From an uncultured bacterium (GTDB lineage Bacteria > UBP7 > UBA6624): a stretch of DNA of 64,000 bases. The notes under the pieces are model-generated. The model searched no databases and had not been told where the DNA came from. It was given only the letters and a program-made list of their open reading frames with translations. Within the stretch, counting starts at the first letter, position 1. Each line of letters opens with the position of its first letter. Shown piece after piece: positions 16,819 to 26,694 of this stretch. Made by a program: the position numbers and the translations under genes. The stretch lies in contig CAXGSM010000001.1 of NCBI GenBank assembly GCA_964012435.1, positions 64,001-128,000 of the forward strand. The letters are read 5' to 3'.

Positions 16819-18213
16819 ATGGATACAGGTTTGCTTGTTTTTTTAGTTTATGTTTCATTTATGTTCTTCCATGCGTGGACAGGTAATAAAAAAATTAAAA
16901 ACTCTGTTGACTTCAATGTTGCTGGCAGAGGTTTGCCGGGTTTCGTGATCGGTTTATCCTTTTATGCTTCTTTCATGAGCACGAATTCTTTTCTTGGTCT
17001 GGCTGGAAGGTCTCATTCTTGGGGTTTTTCGATATGGGGTTCAGGTATACTCTTTATCCTTTTTGCATGGGTCTCATGGAGATTCATTGCACCTAAGCTT
17101 AGGCTTCGTACAGAAGAATTAGGCGCCCTAACCCTTTCTGATTATCTTGGGTATTCTTTTAAGAGTAAAGGTTACGAAAGAGCAGCTTGTTTGGTTATAT
17201 TGCTCGCAAGCATACCTTTTATGCAGGCTGTCTTTAAAGGTGTGATGCTGGTTGTTTCGCAAATGACAGGACTCTCATCAACAGTATCTTTGGTTTTGGC
17301 ATGGTTCATCATTGTTGTTTACACGGTTGCCGGTGGCTTTCATGCTGTTGCAAAAACTGATGTGGTGCAAGCTTTCATAATGCTTGTTGCTTCTTTATTC
17401 TTGCCTTTTTCAATGTTTAGGTCTTATGGAGGTGTACAGAACCTTGTCGAGTCTTCTTCTGTTGATGCAGGAGTTGCTGTTTCTGATATATGGGCAATGG
17501 CTCCACTTGGAGCTGTTATAGGGATTGGTTTAGCAGGAGGCTTTAAGATGATGTCTGAGCCTAGACAGATCTCCAGGTTTTTTGCAATAGACAGTAAGGA
17601 AATAAAAAAAGGAGAAAAGATAGCCTTGTGGACTTTAGCAATTTCCTATCTTTTTATACTACCTGTAGGATTTTTGTCTAGAGGCTTTTTGGGCTCCTAT
17701 GAAGGGGATCTTGATGCAATTGTTCCAACATTGTTATCAATGCCTGAAGTAGTCCATCCTTTTTTGGGTTATGTTTTCCTTGCAGCTTTTCTTGCTGCTG
17801 CTATGAGTAGTTTAGATTCAATATTACTTGCTGTTTCAGGAAGCGTTCAAAGGGGTTTCTTTTATAAAAAAACAAGAAATGAATTGTTCTCAACAAGGGT
17901 CATTGTTGTGGTCTTGAGCATACTTCCTGCTTTTTTGGTTTTATACAACCCTGCAGAGATAATTGCATTAACAACTTTATCAGGAGCAGTTTTTGGAGCG
18001 GCGTTCCTTCCTTCTCTGATTCATTCTCTTTACAGTAAAACTGTGCCGATAAAAGCAGCATGGGTTTCACTTATTTCAGGCTTTTCTTCAGTTTTAATTT
18101 GGAAATTTTATATTATTGCAAATTGGCCAAGCTTCAAAATGGTTCATGAGGTTGTAGCAGGAACTTTAATTTCCTTTATTCTTTTTTACCTGGTCAAAGG
18201 GAAAGATGGTTAA
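16819..18213 (+). CDS. Sodium:solute symporter (PutP/PanF family)
   Basis: F.VAGR.L, S..AS..S..SFLG, Y...GG..AV..TD.VQ and AA.MSS.DS motifs; about 13 TM. Confidence 0.92.
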   Translation: MDTGLLVFLVYVSFMFFHAWTGNKKIKNSVDFNVAGRGLPGFVIGLSFYASFMSTNSFLGLAGRSHSWGFSIWGSGILFILFAWVSWRFIAPKLRLRTEELGALTLSDYLGYSFKSKGYERAACLVILLASIPFMQAVFKGVMLVVSQMTGLSSTVSLVLAWFIIVVYTVAGGFHAVAKTDVVQAFIMLVASLFLPFSMFRSYGGVQNLVESSSVDAGVAVSDIWAMAPLGAVIGIGLAGGFKMMSEPRQISRFFAIDSKEIKKGEKIALWTLAISYLFILPVGFLSRGFLGSYEGDLDAIVPTLLSMPEVVHPFLGYVFLAAFLAAAMSSLDSILLAVSGSVQRGFFYKKTRNELFSTRVIVVVLSILPAFLVLYNPAEIIALTTLSGAVFGAAFLPSLIHSLYSKTVPIKAAWVSLISGFSSVLIWKFYIIANWPSFKMVHEVVAGTLISFILFYLVKGKDG

Positions 18214-18688
18214 GGGTATCAAGATAAGAGTTGCTGCTATAGTCAGCTATAAAGACAAGATACTGTTCAACAGGCAGGAGATCCCTGATAAAGCATGTGT
18301 TTATTCATTGATGGGAGGCCATCTTGAATTTGGAGAATCTGTTAAGGATTGCTTGGTAAGAGAGTTCAAAGAAGAACTTGATTGGGATATTGAAGTTCAA
18401 AAGCTTATTTACGTTTGTGAAAACTCATGGCTTGAAGAGGATCCTGAAGATTTTAACTTTAATCAAAAAATGCATGGTGTTGAGTTGTATTTTCATGCAA
18501 AATTGAAAAAAAAATCAATTGGAAAGAATCCAAAAACTACAGAAGATCACCTTTGGCCAGGGTGGTTTTCAAAAAAAGATATAGAAAAAGATGGCAGGGT
18601 TGTTCCTTCTTTTTTAGAGAAAAGGCTTTTTGAAGATATGGAAAAAGGTTTTTCCTCGCAGACTAAATTCTTTACAGTTGGTTTTTGA
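18206..18688 (+). CDS. NUDIX hydrolase
   Basis: Nudix box GGHLEFGESVKDCLVREFKEEL. Confidence 0.9.
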   Translation: MVKGIKIRVAAIVSYKDKILFNRQEIPDKACVYSLMGGHLEFGESVKDCLVREFKEELDWDIEVQKLIYVCENSWLEEDPEDFNFNQKMHGVELYFHAKLKKKSIGKNPKTTEDHLWPGWFSKKDIEKDGRVVPSFLEKRLFEDMEKGFSSQTKFFTVGF

Positions 18689-19103
18689 TTGATTGTTTTT
18701 TTATCTTTTCTTTTATTTCCTGAGACACTTTGTCAATTTCTTTTGTTATCTGGCATTCCCAAAATCTCATAACAACCCACCCTTCTTTTTTAAGTTTTAT
18801 GTTTGCCTTCATGTCCCTTTCTTTATTTTGTTTAAGTTTTTCGGACCAGTATTTCTTGTTTGAGGAAGGTTTTTTGTAACAAGATGGACATCCATGCCAA
18901 AAACACCCATCAACAAAAATTGATATTCTTTTGCCAACATAGCAAATATCAGGCTTTCCAAATGCTTTGCTGTAGTTCAACCTGTAACCTCTGTACCCAG
19001 AATGCCAGAGATTTTTTCTTAGAAGTATTTCAGGCTTGGTGTTTTTGCCCCTTATTCGAGACATTATTTTGGATCTTATTTTCTTGGAAACCCTGTCGGT
19101 CAT
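18672..19103 (-). CDS. vsr: Very-short-patch repair endonuclease
   Basis: RS.IMSRIR.KNTKPE, GKPD, FVDGCFWHGC, N...W..K...N.ERD and GW....WEC motifs. Confidence 0.93.
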   Translation of the reverse strand: MTDRVSKKIRSKIMSRIRGKNTKPEILLRKNLWHSGYRGYRLNYSKAFGKPDICYVGKRISIFVDGCFWHGCPSCYKKPSSNKKYWSEKLKQNKERDMKANIKLKKEGWVVMRFWECQITKEIDKVSQEIKEKIKKQSIKNQL

Positions 19104-19390
19104 TTTGAGTCCATGATGAAAGACATTGCCCCAAGTGAAACATTGCCTTTTTCGTCATGGTTTTTTATATCTGTTATTCTTTTGTCTTTTTTAAGTGTTT
19201 TTTTAGTCATTTCCCTCAAGACTCCCCCACTCTTTCCATGAATGACTGTCGCTTTCTTGATTTCATTTCTTTCTAAATCATCAAGCCAGGTTAAAAGCAT
19301 GTCCTCAGCTTCTTCAAATCTTTTTTTGCGAATGTTGAGTATCTTTGAAGGAGGAGGAATGTCTGGAGCCTCCCAGGATATACCTTTCAT
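19100..19390 (-). CDS. Stand-alone Smr-domain protein
   Basis: L.IR....EEA...L...LD.......+IHGK.GG.LR and a C-terminal GA match the Smr domain; the DxH motif is altered. Confidence 0.7.
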   Translation of the reverse strand: MKGISWEAPDIPPPSKILNIRKKRFEEAEDMLLTWLDDLERNEIKKATVIHGKSGGVLREMTKKTLKKDKRITDIKNHDEKGNVSLGAMSFIMDSK

Positions 19391-19737
19391 TCATCCTCCG
19401 GGAATAAAAATTTACCCGGGTCATTAAAGAAGTCGGTTCTAAATACACAATTAAAACCTTTTTTCTTCCATATCGGGATTATCCTTACATCTCTATGCGT
19501 TACTAATCCAATTGTTTTTATCGAGTGTGGCAAGTCAGGAAATTTATCAATAGATTTTGGATCCTGGGCCCCTAAGTCTACAATTACAAAATCCCATTTT
19601 TTATCTGAAATTCGTTCAGGGACATCTTTTGGTTCAACATGCTCAACCTCGTAACCAGTTGCATTTAATGATACTTTTATATGCTCCCCTAGTAATAAGT
19701 TAGGTATGCTCAGCAGAACATCTTCATTTATCTTCAT
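19387..19737 (-). CDS. Atypical single-domain receiver (CheY-like) protein
   Basis: L...GYEV, DFVIVDL and IGLVTH match the fold; the acidic pair and conserved Lys are missing. Confidence 0.5.
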   Translation of the reverse strand: MKINEDVLLSIPNLLLGEHIKVSLNATGYEVEHVEPKDVPERISDKKWDFVIVDLGAQDPKSIDKFPDLPHSIKTIGLVTHRDVRIIPIWKKKGFNCVFRTDFFNDPGKFLFPEDE

Positions 19738-21685
19738 GAATTGGTATTTTTTTCCATAATGATTTAATGATCAAAAAGCCCACTAGACCCATGATGGCAA
19801 ATGGCAAGAAACTTGTTGGTGCTTCAGGCGATAAGACGTCTCCAAATAGTTCATTTTTGGCAAGTATGATTGATGTAGCATTTATAAGACAGTGTATTAC
19901 TGCACTGTACCATATGGTTCCGGTCCTCAATGTGATCATGGCGAAGATGATTCCTAGAATAAAGGTGAACAGCAGCCTTGAAGGCTCTAGGTGCATAAGC
20001 GCAAAAAGAAGCGAGCTTACAAATATTGCCTTTTTGTTTCCAAGTTTTTTGAATCCATGTAAAAGCAACCCTCTGAAAACTAATTCTTCAGCTATTCCTG
20101 GCATCACTGCAACTATAAGCAACAAAGGAAGTAATGAGTTTTCATCAAATATTGTCTCGAATATCTTTGTGAATTCTTCATTCATTGGCCACATTGACTC
20201 TCCGATGTATCCAAAAAGCATACCAAAGAGCCATGCTCCTATGCTTATTGGAAGCAACCATGTTTTGGGTTTAAACCTTTTTAAATCAACAATGTAATCA
20301 TTCTTCAACCCTAGAAATTTGTTTATAAAGTGAGGCAGTATTATTAGCGCTGTTATTTGAGCAAAAAAGGTTCCATAAAGTATTGCTTGCCCTGGTAGCA
20401 TCCTAGGGCTTAACCTGCCTTCAAATACATAACTAAAGATTGCGAAAGCTATAAATATCAGTATGAATGAAAGTATTGACTCAGCGCTTGTCGCGTACCT
20501 TTCTCCTTTTCTCTGTTTAGTCCACCATTGTTTCCAGTTTATTCCGCCCACACCAAGTATTGTATTTTCAGATTTGAATTGATCAGCAGCTAAATTAAGA
20601 AAAACAAAACCAAGCAATGTTGTCCATCCTGCAGACAACCAGGATGTTAGGTTTCCTGATGCTGTAAGCCATGATTTTAAAGATATTCCAGCGCCGATTC
20701 CCGGTATCCAATTCATCCAACCAGATGGACTATCTGTGCTTAGGCTTAAAAAGGCTCCTATCATGAAAATCAAAACAAATGGGTGAAGGTAGCTGCTTGC
20801 TTCTTTTGTAGATCTTGAAGACCCTGCAATATAAAGAAGAGCTCCACTAAAAAATATTATCATCGGTATTGAGCCCAGAACCGTAAGCAGGAAATGAGAA
20901 TAAAAATTTAAACCCATTTGTCCTTGAGAAATTATGTTTATTGAAAGCATTAAAAGCCCTACATTCAGTGCAATTGCAAATAGTGCAAGAGATGCAATTA
21001 CAAGAAATTTTCCAAATATTATTTCTTTTGAAGTTATGGGGAGGGCTAAAAGACTTTCTGCAGTGCCTCTTTCCCTTTCGCCTGTCATTGAATCTATCGC
21101 TGGATGAGCTAAAAGATTGATGACCATTAATAGAACTATTAGCGGCAAGAATTGAGCAAGCTCAAAGCCTGAAACCTCTTTTTCAGGAGCTATATTGATA
21201 ATTTTTATATCTGGAGGATTGAGTATTTCTTCAGAAATGTCATTTGCTTTTAATGTGTTTTTTACCTTTTCTAGATTCCATTTTTTTATATAGTCTTCGA
21301 GCAGAGCTCTTGCTCTTTGAGATTTCCCATCACTTCTAGCTCCGTCGAAATGTATTTCAAATTCACCATTATTAAGTTCAATATACGCATCAAGATCCTT
21401 GCTTTTGAGTGAATCTAATAGATCTGATTTCAAAATCTTTTTAAATTCAACATTATCCTCTTCATTTTCAAAGGAAATTTCATTTGCAAAATTTTCAGTA
21501 ATGCCTATTGTGTAGCTTTCTTCTAGCCTTTTGTTGGATGTTTGTGTTTCTTGTATTCCAGCTATAAGTAAAAAAAGTGGCACGAATACTGCAGGCAGTA
21601 TGACCATTGCAATAATGGTTCTTATATCACGTATCAGCTCAGTTCCATCCTTGATGAAAATAGCTTTAACTTGATTCCACCTCAT
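19724..21685 (-). CDS. NatB-like ABC permease fused to a CPBP (CAAX/Abi) intramembrane protease
   Basis: K...E..RD.RT and GERERGT.E.LL..P in the N-terminal part; EELVFRG, FALMH and H...N in the C-terminal part. Confidence 0.88.
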   Translation of the reverse strand: MRWNQVKAIFIKDGTELIRDIRTIIAMVILPAVFVPLFLLIAGIQETQTSNKRLEESYTIGITENFANEISFENEEDNVEFKKILKSDLLDSLKSKDLDAYIELNNGEFEIHFDGARSDGKSQRARALLEDYIKKWNLEKVKNTLKANDISEEILNPPDIKIINIAPEKEVSGFELAQFLPLIVLLMVINLLAHPAIDSMTGERERGTAESLLALPITSKEIIFGKFLVIASLALFAIALNVGLLMLSINIISQGQMGLNFYSHFLLTVLGSIPMIIFFSGALLYIAGSSRSTKEASSYLHPFVLIFMIGAFLSLSTDSPSGWMNWIPGIGAGISLKSWLTASGNLTSWLSAGWTTLLGFVFLNLAADQFKSENTILGVGGINWKQWWTKQRKGERYATSAESILSFILIFIAFAIFSYVFEGRLSPRMLPGQAILYGTFFAQITALIILPHFINKFLGLKNDYIVDLKRFKPKTWLLPISIGAWLFGMLFGYIGESMWPMNEEFTKIFETIFDENSLLPLLLIVAVMPGIAEELVFRGLLLHGFKKLGNKKAIFVSSLLFALMHLEPSRLLFTFILGIIFAMITLRTGTIWYSAVIHCLINATSIILAKNELFGDVLSPEAPTSFLPFAIMGLVGFLIIKSLWKKIPIHEDK

Positions 21686-22389
21686 TGTTGCACACCAGCT
21701 ATTTTTAAAAAGGATTTTGAAAGACTCTCTTCAGGCCATTTGTTTTTTTTCCAGTTTGCTACAGATTTACCATCAGAAAGAACGACTATTGAGTCTGCTA
21801 TTTTTTCAGCAATCCAAACTTGATGAGTGGAGATCAGTATCCCCCTACCTTCAATCTTGGCTTGATTCAGGTCTTCAATTATCTTGGTTGTTGCGACTAA
21901 GTCAAGTGTTGCAGTAGGTTCATCTAATATTAAATAATCAGTATTTCTTGCAAGAGCCCTGGCTATAAGGACCCTTTGTTTGTTCCCTGTTGAAAGTGTT
22001 TCCATTCTTTTTTCTGAATATTGTTCGATATTCAATGCTTTTAAGTATTTTTTAGTTTGGCTGATTGCTTCTTTTTCAGCTAATCCTTCTGCTCGTAAAG
22101 AGAACAGTATATGTTCTTTTGCAGTCAATCTTTTGTATGTACCTGCATCTGCATGAACATAAGCTAAAGACTGACGAAGCTCTAGTGAGCTTGTTTTATT
22201 GTTGTTTAAAAGTATATTTCCAGAATCCGGCTTCAGTAACCCTATTAAAGTTCTTATTGTTGTTGTCTTTCCTGCCCCATTTGCACCAAGAAGAGCTACA
22301 ATTTCACCTTTTTTTATATCTAAAGAAACATCTTTACAGGCTTGTGTCCCTTCTATGGTTTTTTGAATGTTTTTTAAGGATATGCTCAC
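21682..22389 (-). CDS. ABC transporter ATP-binding protein (NatA-like)
   Basis: GANGAGKTT, LSTGNKQR and ILDEPT motifs. Confidence 0.92.
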   Translation of the reverse strand: MSISLKNIQKTIEGTQACKDVSLDIKKGEIVALLGANGAGKTTTIRTLIGLLKPDSGNILLNNNKTSSLELRQSLAYVHADAGTYKRLTAKEHILFSLRAEGLAEKEAISQTKKYLKALNIEQYSEKRMETLSTGNKQRVLIARALARNTDYLILDEPTATLDLVATTKIIEDLNQAKIEGRGILISTHQVWIAEKIADSIVVLSDGKSVANWKKNKWPEESLSKSFLKIAGVQQ

Positions 22390-24260
22390 ATTCTTGAAGG
22401 TATTGATATCCCAAATATTTTTAAAGCTTCTTCTAATGTTTTTAATGTGCAGTAGGTTAAGTTAACTCTGAACATTTCTGTTTTAGGGTCTTCGTTAATG
22501 ATTGGACTTGAGTGGTAAAAATTTGAAAATGCCTTTGATAGCCTATGAAGCGACTCAAGCAAAGGTGTTGGGCTTATATTTTCAAAAGATCTTTTTAATT
22601 CATTTTGGATAGTAAAAATATTAAAGATAACAGCTTTTTCATTTTCGTTCATTTTGATTTTTTCAAATTTAAGATCAGGTTGTATTCCGCTTTTCTCTAT
22701 CACCCTTTTGCATCTAACTGCAGCATATTGCAAATAAGATCCCGTTTTACCTTCGTTAGACAATACTTCTTCCCACTTGAAGGATATTTTTTTGTTGAAA
22801 TCTCTTGAGAACATTAAGTGTTTTAAAGCTCCTGTTATTACTTTATCAAGATCTTTATTTGAAATTTTTTGATTTGATTTTGATTTTGCAAACTTCTTAG
22901 CTTCTTGCCATAATTCAGAAAAAGCAACAATATTACCTGACCTGCTTGACATTTTTCCCTCAGGTAAATCAACCATTTCGTATCCGATATGAATTAGTTC
23001 TGACAGTTCTTCATACTGTTCCAGTATTTTAAAAATTTGTTTGAAGTAAAAGCTTTGTGGAGCACCTACAACATAAAAAGATTTATCCGTTTTGTACTGG
23101 TTTTGTTTTAATTTTGCTAATGCAAGATCTTTTGCTGAATATAAAGGTAGTCCGTCAGAGCGTAACAATGGAAGCACATCTAGTTTTTTACTGTTATACG
23201 GTTCTTTTTTGAAATCAACCAAAACAGACCCACCTTCTTTTTCAGCTAAGTTTTTGTTTACAAGTTTGTTTGATATCCGAATCGCATCTTCTTCTACATC
23301 TGATTCATAATATATTTTTTCAAAATCAACATCGAGAAGTCGGTATATTTTTTCAAAAGCATCCATGCACCATTTTTTTGTTTCTTTCCAATCTTTTACA
23401 AGTTCTGAATCTTTGTTTTTCCACCTTTCTGCAATTTCATTTTGCAGATCTAGATTTTTCTTCCAGTTGATTGCAGATTCATTTAAGCTTTTGAAGTTTT
23501 CTGATTCAAAGAATCCATCATTTGATTTTTTTAGTATTTTGCTGATCAGAAATTTATTTTTTCGAAATTTTTTAAATTTTTCATCTATTTCAAAATTTGA
23601 ATTTTCATTAATTAAATCTTTTACGTCCCACGCTTCTTTAATGAATTTTTCTTTTGAGGCTGATTCTCTTTGTGCCCATTGTGAGTAGTATTCGCCAAGC
23701 CATCTAGAAAGATCAAGATCAGGATCCTCCTCTATAGAAGGTGGTTTTGGCTTTCCTGCCAACTCCCAACCCAAGAGGGCCTTAAGGACATGGGTCCCTA
23801 TGTCACCTATATAGTTTGCTGGAACTACATCTATGCCAAATTTTCTTGCTATTCTGACTATGAAATCACCAGTAACAACATTTCTAAAATGACCTATATG
23901 AAATGCCTTATGTGTATTTGGTTGAGAGTATTCAACAATCCATTTTTGTTTATTTTCGGTTTTGTCAAAAACATTTTTATTTATTGAGTAGAAATTAAAA
24001 ATATCCTCTGCAAGCTCGCTGTAATCTGGTTCAATTTTGAGTGATTTATTTTCATTTCTTACAGACTTGATAAGTTTCATTTTTTTTATTTTTTTTAAAT
24101 CGCTTTCTTTTGAGCCACCCCACCGAATTGAATTCGTGCAAATAAATGTCAAGTCTTTATCTTCTCTTCTTAGCGATGCGATATGTTTTTCTTCAGGTTT
24201 TATTTCTGAGAGCATGTCATTGACATTCGCGGTGAAGATTTCCCAAGGGTGTTTATTCAT
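22386..24260 (-). CDS. argS: Arginine--tRNA ligase
   Basis: VEYSQPNTHK.FHIGH.RN, NYIGD.G, KMSSR.G, G.YLQYA motifs and C-terminal P.RM. Confidence 0.95.
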   Translation of the reverse strand: MNKHPWEIFTANVNDMLSEIKPEEKHIASLRREDKDLTFICTNSIRWGGSKESDLKKIKKMKLIKSVRNENKSLKIEPDYSELAEDIFNFYSINKNVFDKTENKQKWIVEYSQPNTHKAFHIGHFRNVVTGDFIVRIARKFGIDVVPANYIGDIGTHVLKALLGWELAGKPKPPSIEEDPDLDLSRWLGEYYSQWAQRESASKEKFIKEAWDVKDLINENSNFEIDEKFKKFRKNKFLISKILKKSNDGFFESENFKSLNESAINWKKNLDLQNEIAERWKNKDSELVKDWKETKKWCMDAFEKIYRLLDVDFEKIYYESDVEEDAIRISNKLVNKNLAEKEGGSVLVDFKKEPYNSKKLDVLPLLRSDGLPLYSAKDLALAKLKQNQYKTDKSFYVVGAPQSFYFKQIFKILEQYEELSELIHIGYEMVDLPEGKMSSRSGNIVAFSELWQEAKKFAKSKSNQKISNKDLDKVITGALKHLMFSRDFNKKISFKWEEVLSNEGKTGSYLQYAAVRCKRVIEKSGIQPDLKFEKIKMNENEKAVIFNIFTIQNELKRSFENISPTPLLESLHRLSKAFSNFYHSSPIINEDPKTEMFRVNLTYCTLKTLEEALKIFGISIPSRM

Positions 24261-25155
24261 AGTCGCTAAGTACCATCATAAGAAATTTTTCGAAGCCAAA
24301 GCCTGCTTTTTGTGCACTTAAGGGCAAAAGGCTTAAATTTGTCATTCCCGGTATTGTATTTGTTTCAAGGTACCATATATTTTTATCATCAATTATGAAA
24401 TCTGATCTTGAGAAGGATTTGCAACCCAATGCTTTATGAGCATCTAATGCATATTTTTTTATTTTAGTTTGAATTGATATTTCTAAATTTTTTGGTTTTT
24501 TTATGTATTCCGTTTCTCCAGATGTGTATTTTGATTTGTAGTTGTAAAAGGATTCTTTTCTTGGTTTTATTTCTATCACGCCTAATGATTTTATTTTCTT
24601 GCCTGTCTCCATGACCCCAACTGTTAATTCCCTGCCTTTTATATATGGTTCAACAAGGCATTTTTTTGACACTGATAAATTTTCCCAATCTTCATCTGTT
24701 TCAATCAGCGTGGTGTCTATGCTGGAACCTTCATTTATTGGCTTAACTATCAGCCTGTGATTAAAACCTTTGAATCTAGGCTTTTTCTTTTTGTTGTACA
24801 TTTCTTGTGGGAGAACGGGTAACCCTTGTGAATCCATTAATTTTTTTGTTTTTACCTTGTCTAAAGCAAGAGAGCTTTGTTTTGCCCTGGATCCAACGTA
24901 TTCAATTTTGTGTAATTCTAAAAATGCTTGAATTGCACCATCCTCCCCTCCCCCTTTGCCATGAAGGCATGGAAAAATAAGTATATTTTCCAGATCCTCT
25001 TCAAGTATTGAAACAAGGTCATCCGCGATTTTTATATCTTTTTTTTCTGTACAGACATGAAAGCTTTTTATTGCTTTGTAGGTCTGAGTCATTGAGTTTA
25101 GGCTTACTTCCCTTTCTGTAGACCAGCCTCCTCCAAGGACGATTATTTTTTTCAT
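24253..25155 (-). CDS. ddl: D-alanine--D-alanine ligase
   Basis: GG.S.EREVSL.S, LHG..GEDG, KP..EGSS, Y.Y..KY and E.NT.PGMT..SL.P motifs. Start at ATG 25155, an ATGA overlap with map. Confidence 0.95.
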   Translation of the reverse strand: MKKIIVLGGGWSTEREVSLNSMTQTYKAIKSFHVCTEKKDIKIADDLVSILEEDLENILIFPCLHGKGGGEDGAIQAFLELHKIEYVGSRAKQSSLALDKVKTKKLMDSQGLPVLPQEMYNKKKKPRFKGFNHRLIVKPINEGSSIDTTLIETDEDWENLSVSKKCLVEPYIKGRELTVGVMETGKKIKSLGVIEIKPRKESFYNYKSKYTSGETEYIKKPKNLEISIQTKIKKYALDAHKALGCKSFSRSDFIIDDKNIWYLETNTIPGMTNLSLLPLSAQKAGFGFEKFLMMVLSDYE

Positions 25156-25943
25156 TTGAATATTAATGAAGGTTTCTTTGACCACAATTCGCAATCTGTA
25201 AGAATCATTGGAGGGTCGTTTACGACTACAGTATGCTCATAGTGAGCCGTTAAAGAGTGGTCTTGAGTCACAACAGTCCATCCATCAGATTTTGTGTATG
25301 TTTTTGTGTTTCCTTGTGATGCCATTATTTCTATTGCTATGCATTGGTTGCTGGATAACGTCTCTCCTGTTCCTTTTGTTCCAAAATTTGGAATAAGAGG
25401 CTCTCCATGTAGTATTGTCCCTATGCCATGTCCAAAAAGTTCTGTGCTGGGGTTATAGCCTTCTTTCAAGAGTACTTCTTGTGTAGCGAAGCCTATATCG
25501 CCAGTTTTCTTTCCAGGTTTTGCTTGTTCTATTGATTTGTAGAGTGAATTCCATACACAGTCCAAAAAATCCATGTTTTTTTGAGATATTTGACCAACTG
25601 GATATGTGTATGCAGAATCAGAGTACATTTTTTCGAAAATGACTCCAAAATCAACTGTAACAATGTCACCCTCAAGAAGTATTCTGTCTGAAGGAAAGCC
25701 ATGCACAAAATCCTCATTAACGCTTATGCATGTAGCAAACGGATAATTGTTATAGCCTTGGAAAGCAGGTTTTGAGTTTCTTTCTTTTATCTCTGCTAAA
25801 ACCATGTTTTCAATTTCTATCGTTCTTACTCCAGGTTTTACGAATTGCTTTAATGCAAGCAGCACCTCTCCGGTTATCCTCGCGCTTTCTTTTGATCTCT
25901 TGAGTGAGCTTTTGTCAAGTATTTGTGTGTTTGATCTATTCAT
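25152..25943 (-). CDS. map: Methionine aminopeptidase type I
   Basis: CISVNE..VHG.P, D.G......DSA, GHGIG..LH.EP and AHYEHT motifs. Confidence 0.95.
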   Translation of the reverse strand: MNRSNTQILDKSSLKRSKESARITGEVLLALKQFVKPGVRTIEIENMVLAEIKERNSKPAFQGYNNYPFATCISVNEDFVHGFPSDRILLEGDIVTVDFGVIFEKMYSDSAYTYPVGQISQKNMDFLDCVWNSLYKSIEQAKPGKKTGDIGFATQEVLLKEGYNPSTELFGHGIGTILHGEPLIPNFGTKGTGETLSSNQCIAIEIMASQGNTKTYTKSDGWTVVTQDHSLTAHYEHTVVVNDPPMILTDCELWSKKPSLIFK

Positions 25944-26694
25944 AATTTTTAATCTCGCTAAATTTTATCAATTTTATTGATTGATTTTCTTTAAAAAACA
26001 TTTTTAATTTTTCGTTTACAAGTGTGGATAATTCAATTTCCCTTTGCCATGAATACTGACAACCTTCTATAACTTTTTTATTTATCGATCCAGGCCTACA
26101 TGGCATGTCTGTGATGCCGTTTTTTAAATTTTTTAAAATTTTTAGAAAACCTGGGAGTGTAATGGACGGCTCTTCATAGAAGTCTTCAGAAAAATGATCA
26201 GCTGTTTTAATGTTTTTTGCCTTTGCTGCATCTTTCTGCCAGCGAAAAAGAGTCCTAATTGGAATTTTTTCTAATTCTGCAATCTCTAAAGCAATTTTGA
26301 AAATTTTTGGATTATTTTCCATTTCATCTGAACAACAAATCCACCTGGGCTCAAATGACTCTTTGGCTTTTTTTACTTGAGTGTGAAATTCTCTTTCAAC
26401 TTCTTTTGTTTTGGCATTCAGCATCAAATCTCTTCCACTTTTTAAAAAATTACCTTGATTGTCAACAAGTGAGTTGATCCCATTTTTTGAAATTGGTTTT
26501 CCTTTTGTTGCATTTAGCTGAATGCCTAATTCAGTTTTTGTTCTTCGCAAGGCTTTTAAGAATTTTGATTTTTTAGTTGTGTTTACTATTGCTACGTTTT
26601 TGAGAACCCCTTCCCTGCAAGCTCTTGTTATACCTTTGTCAACAGCTTCAAACAATCCAAAATCATTTGCTGCAAGGATTAACTTTTTACTCAT
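25936..26694 (-). CDS. ChbG/YdjC carbohydrate deacetylase-fold protein with degenerate active site
   Basis: LI.AANDFG....VD.GI, G.QLN.T.GKP, SLVD..G.F, C.PG and Y...R..EL..L match the family layout. Confidence 0.8.
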   Translation of the reverse strand: MSKKLILAANDFGLFEAVDKGITRACREGVLKNVAIVNTTKKSKFLKALRRTKTELGIQLNATKGKPISKNGINSLVDNQGNFLKSGRDLMLNAKTKEVEREFHTQVKKAKESFEPRWICCSDEMENNPKIFKIALEIAELEKIPIRTLFRWQKDAAKAKNIKTADHFSEDFYEEPSITLPGFLKILKNLKNGITDMPCRPGSINKKVIEGCQYSWQREIELSTLVNEKLKMFFKENQSIKLIKFSEIKNYE

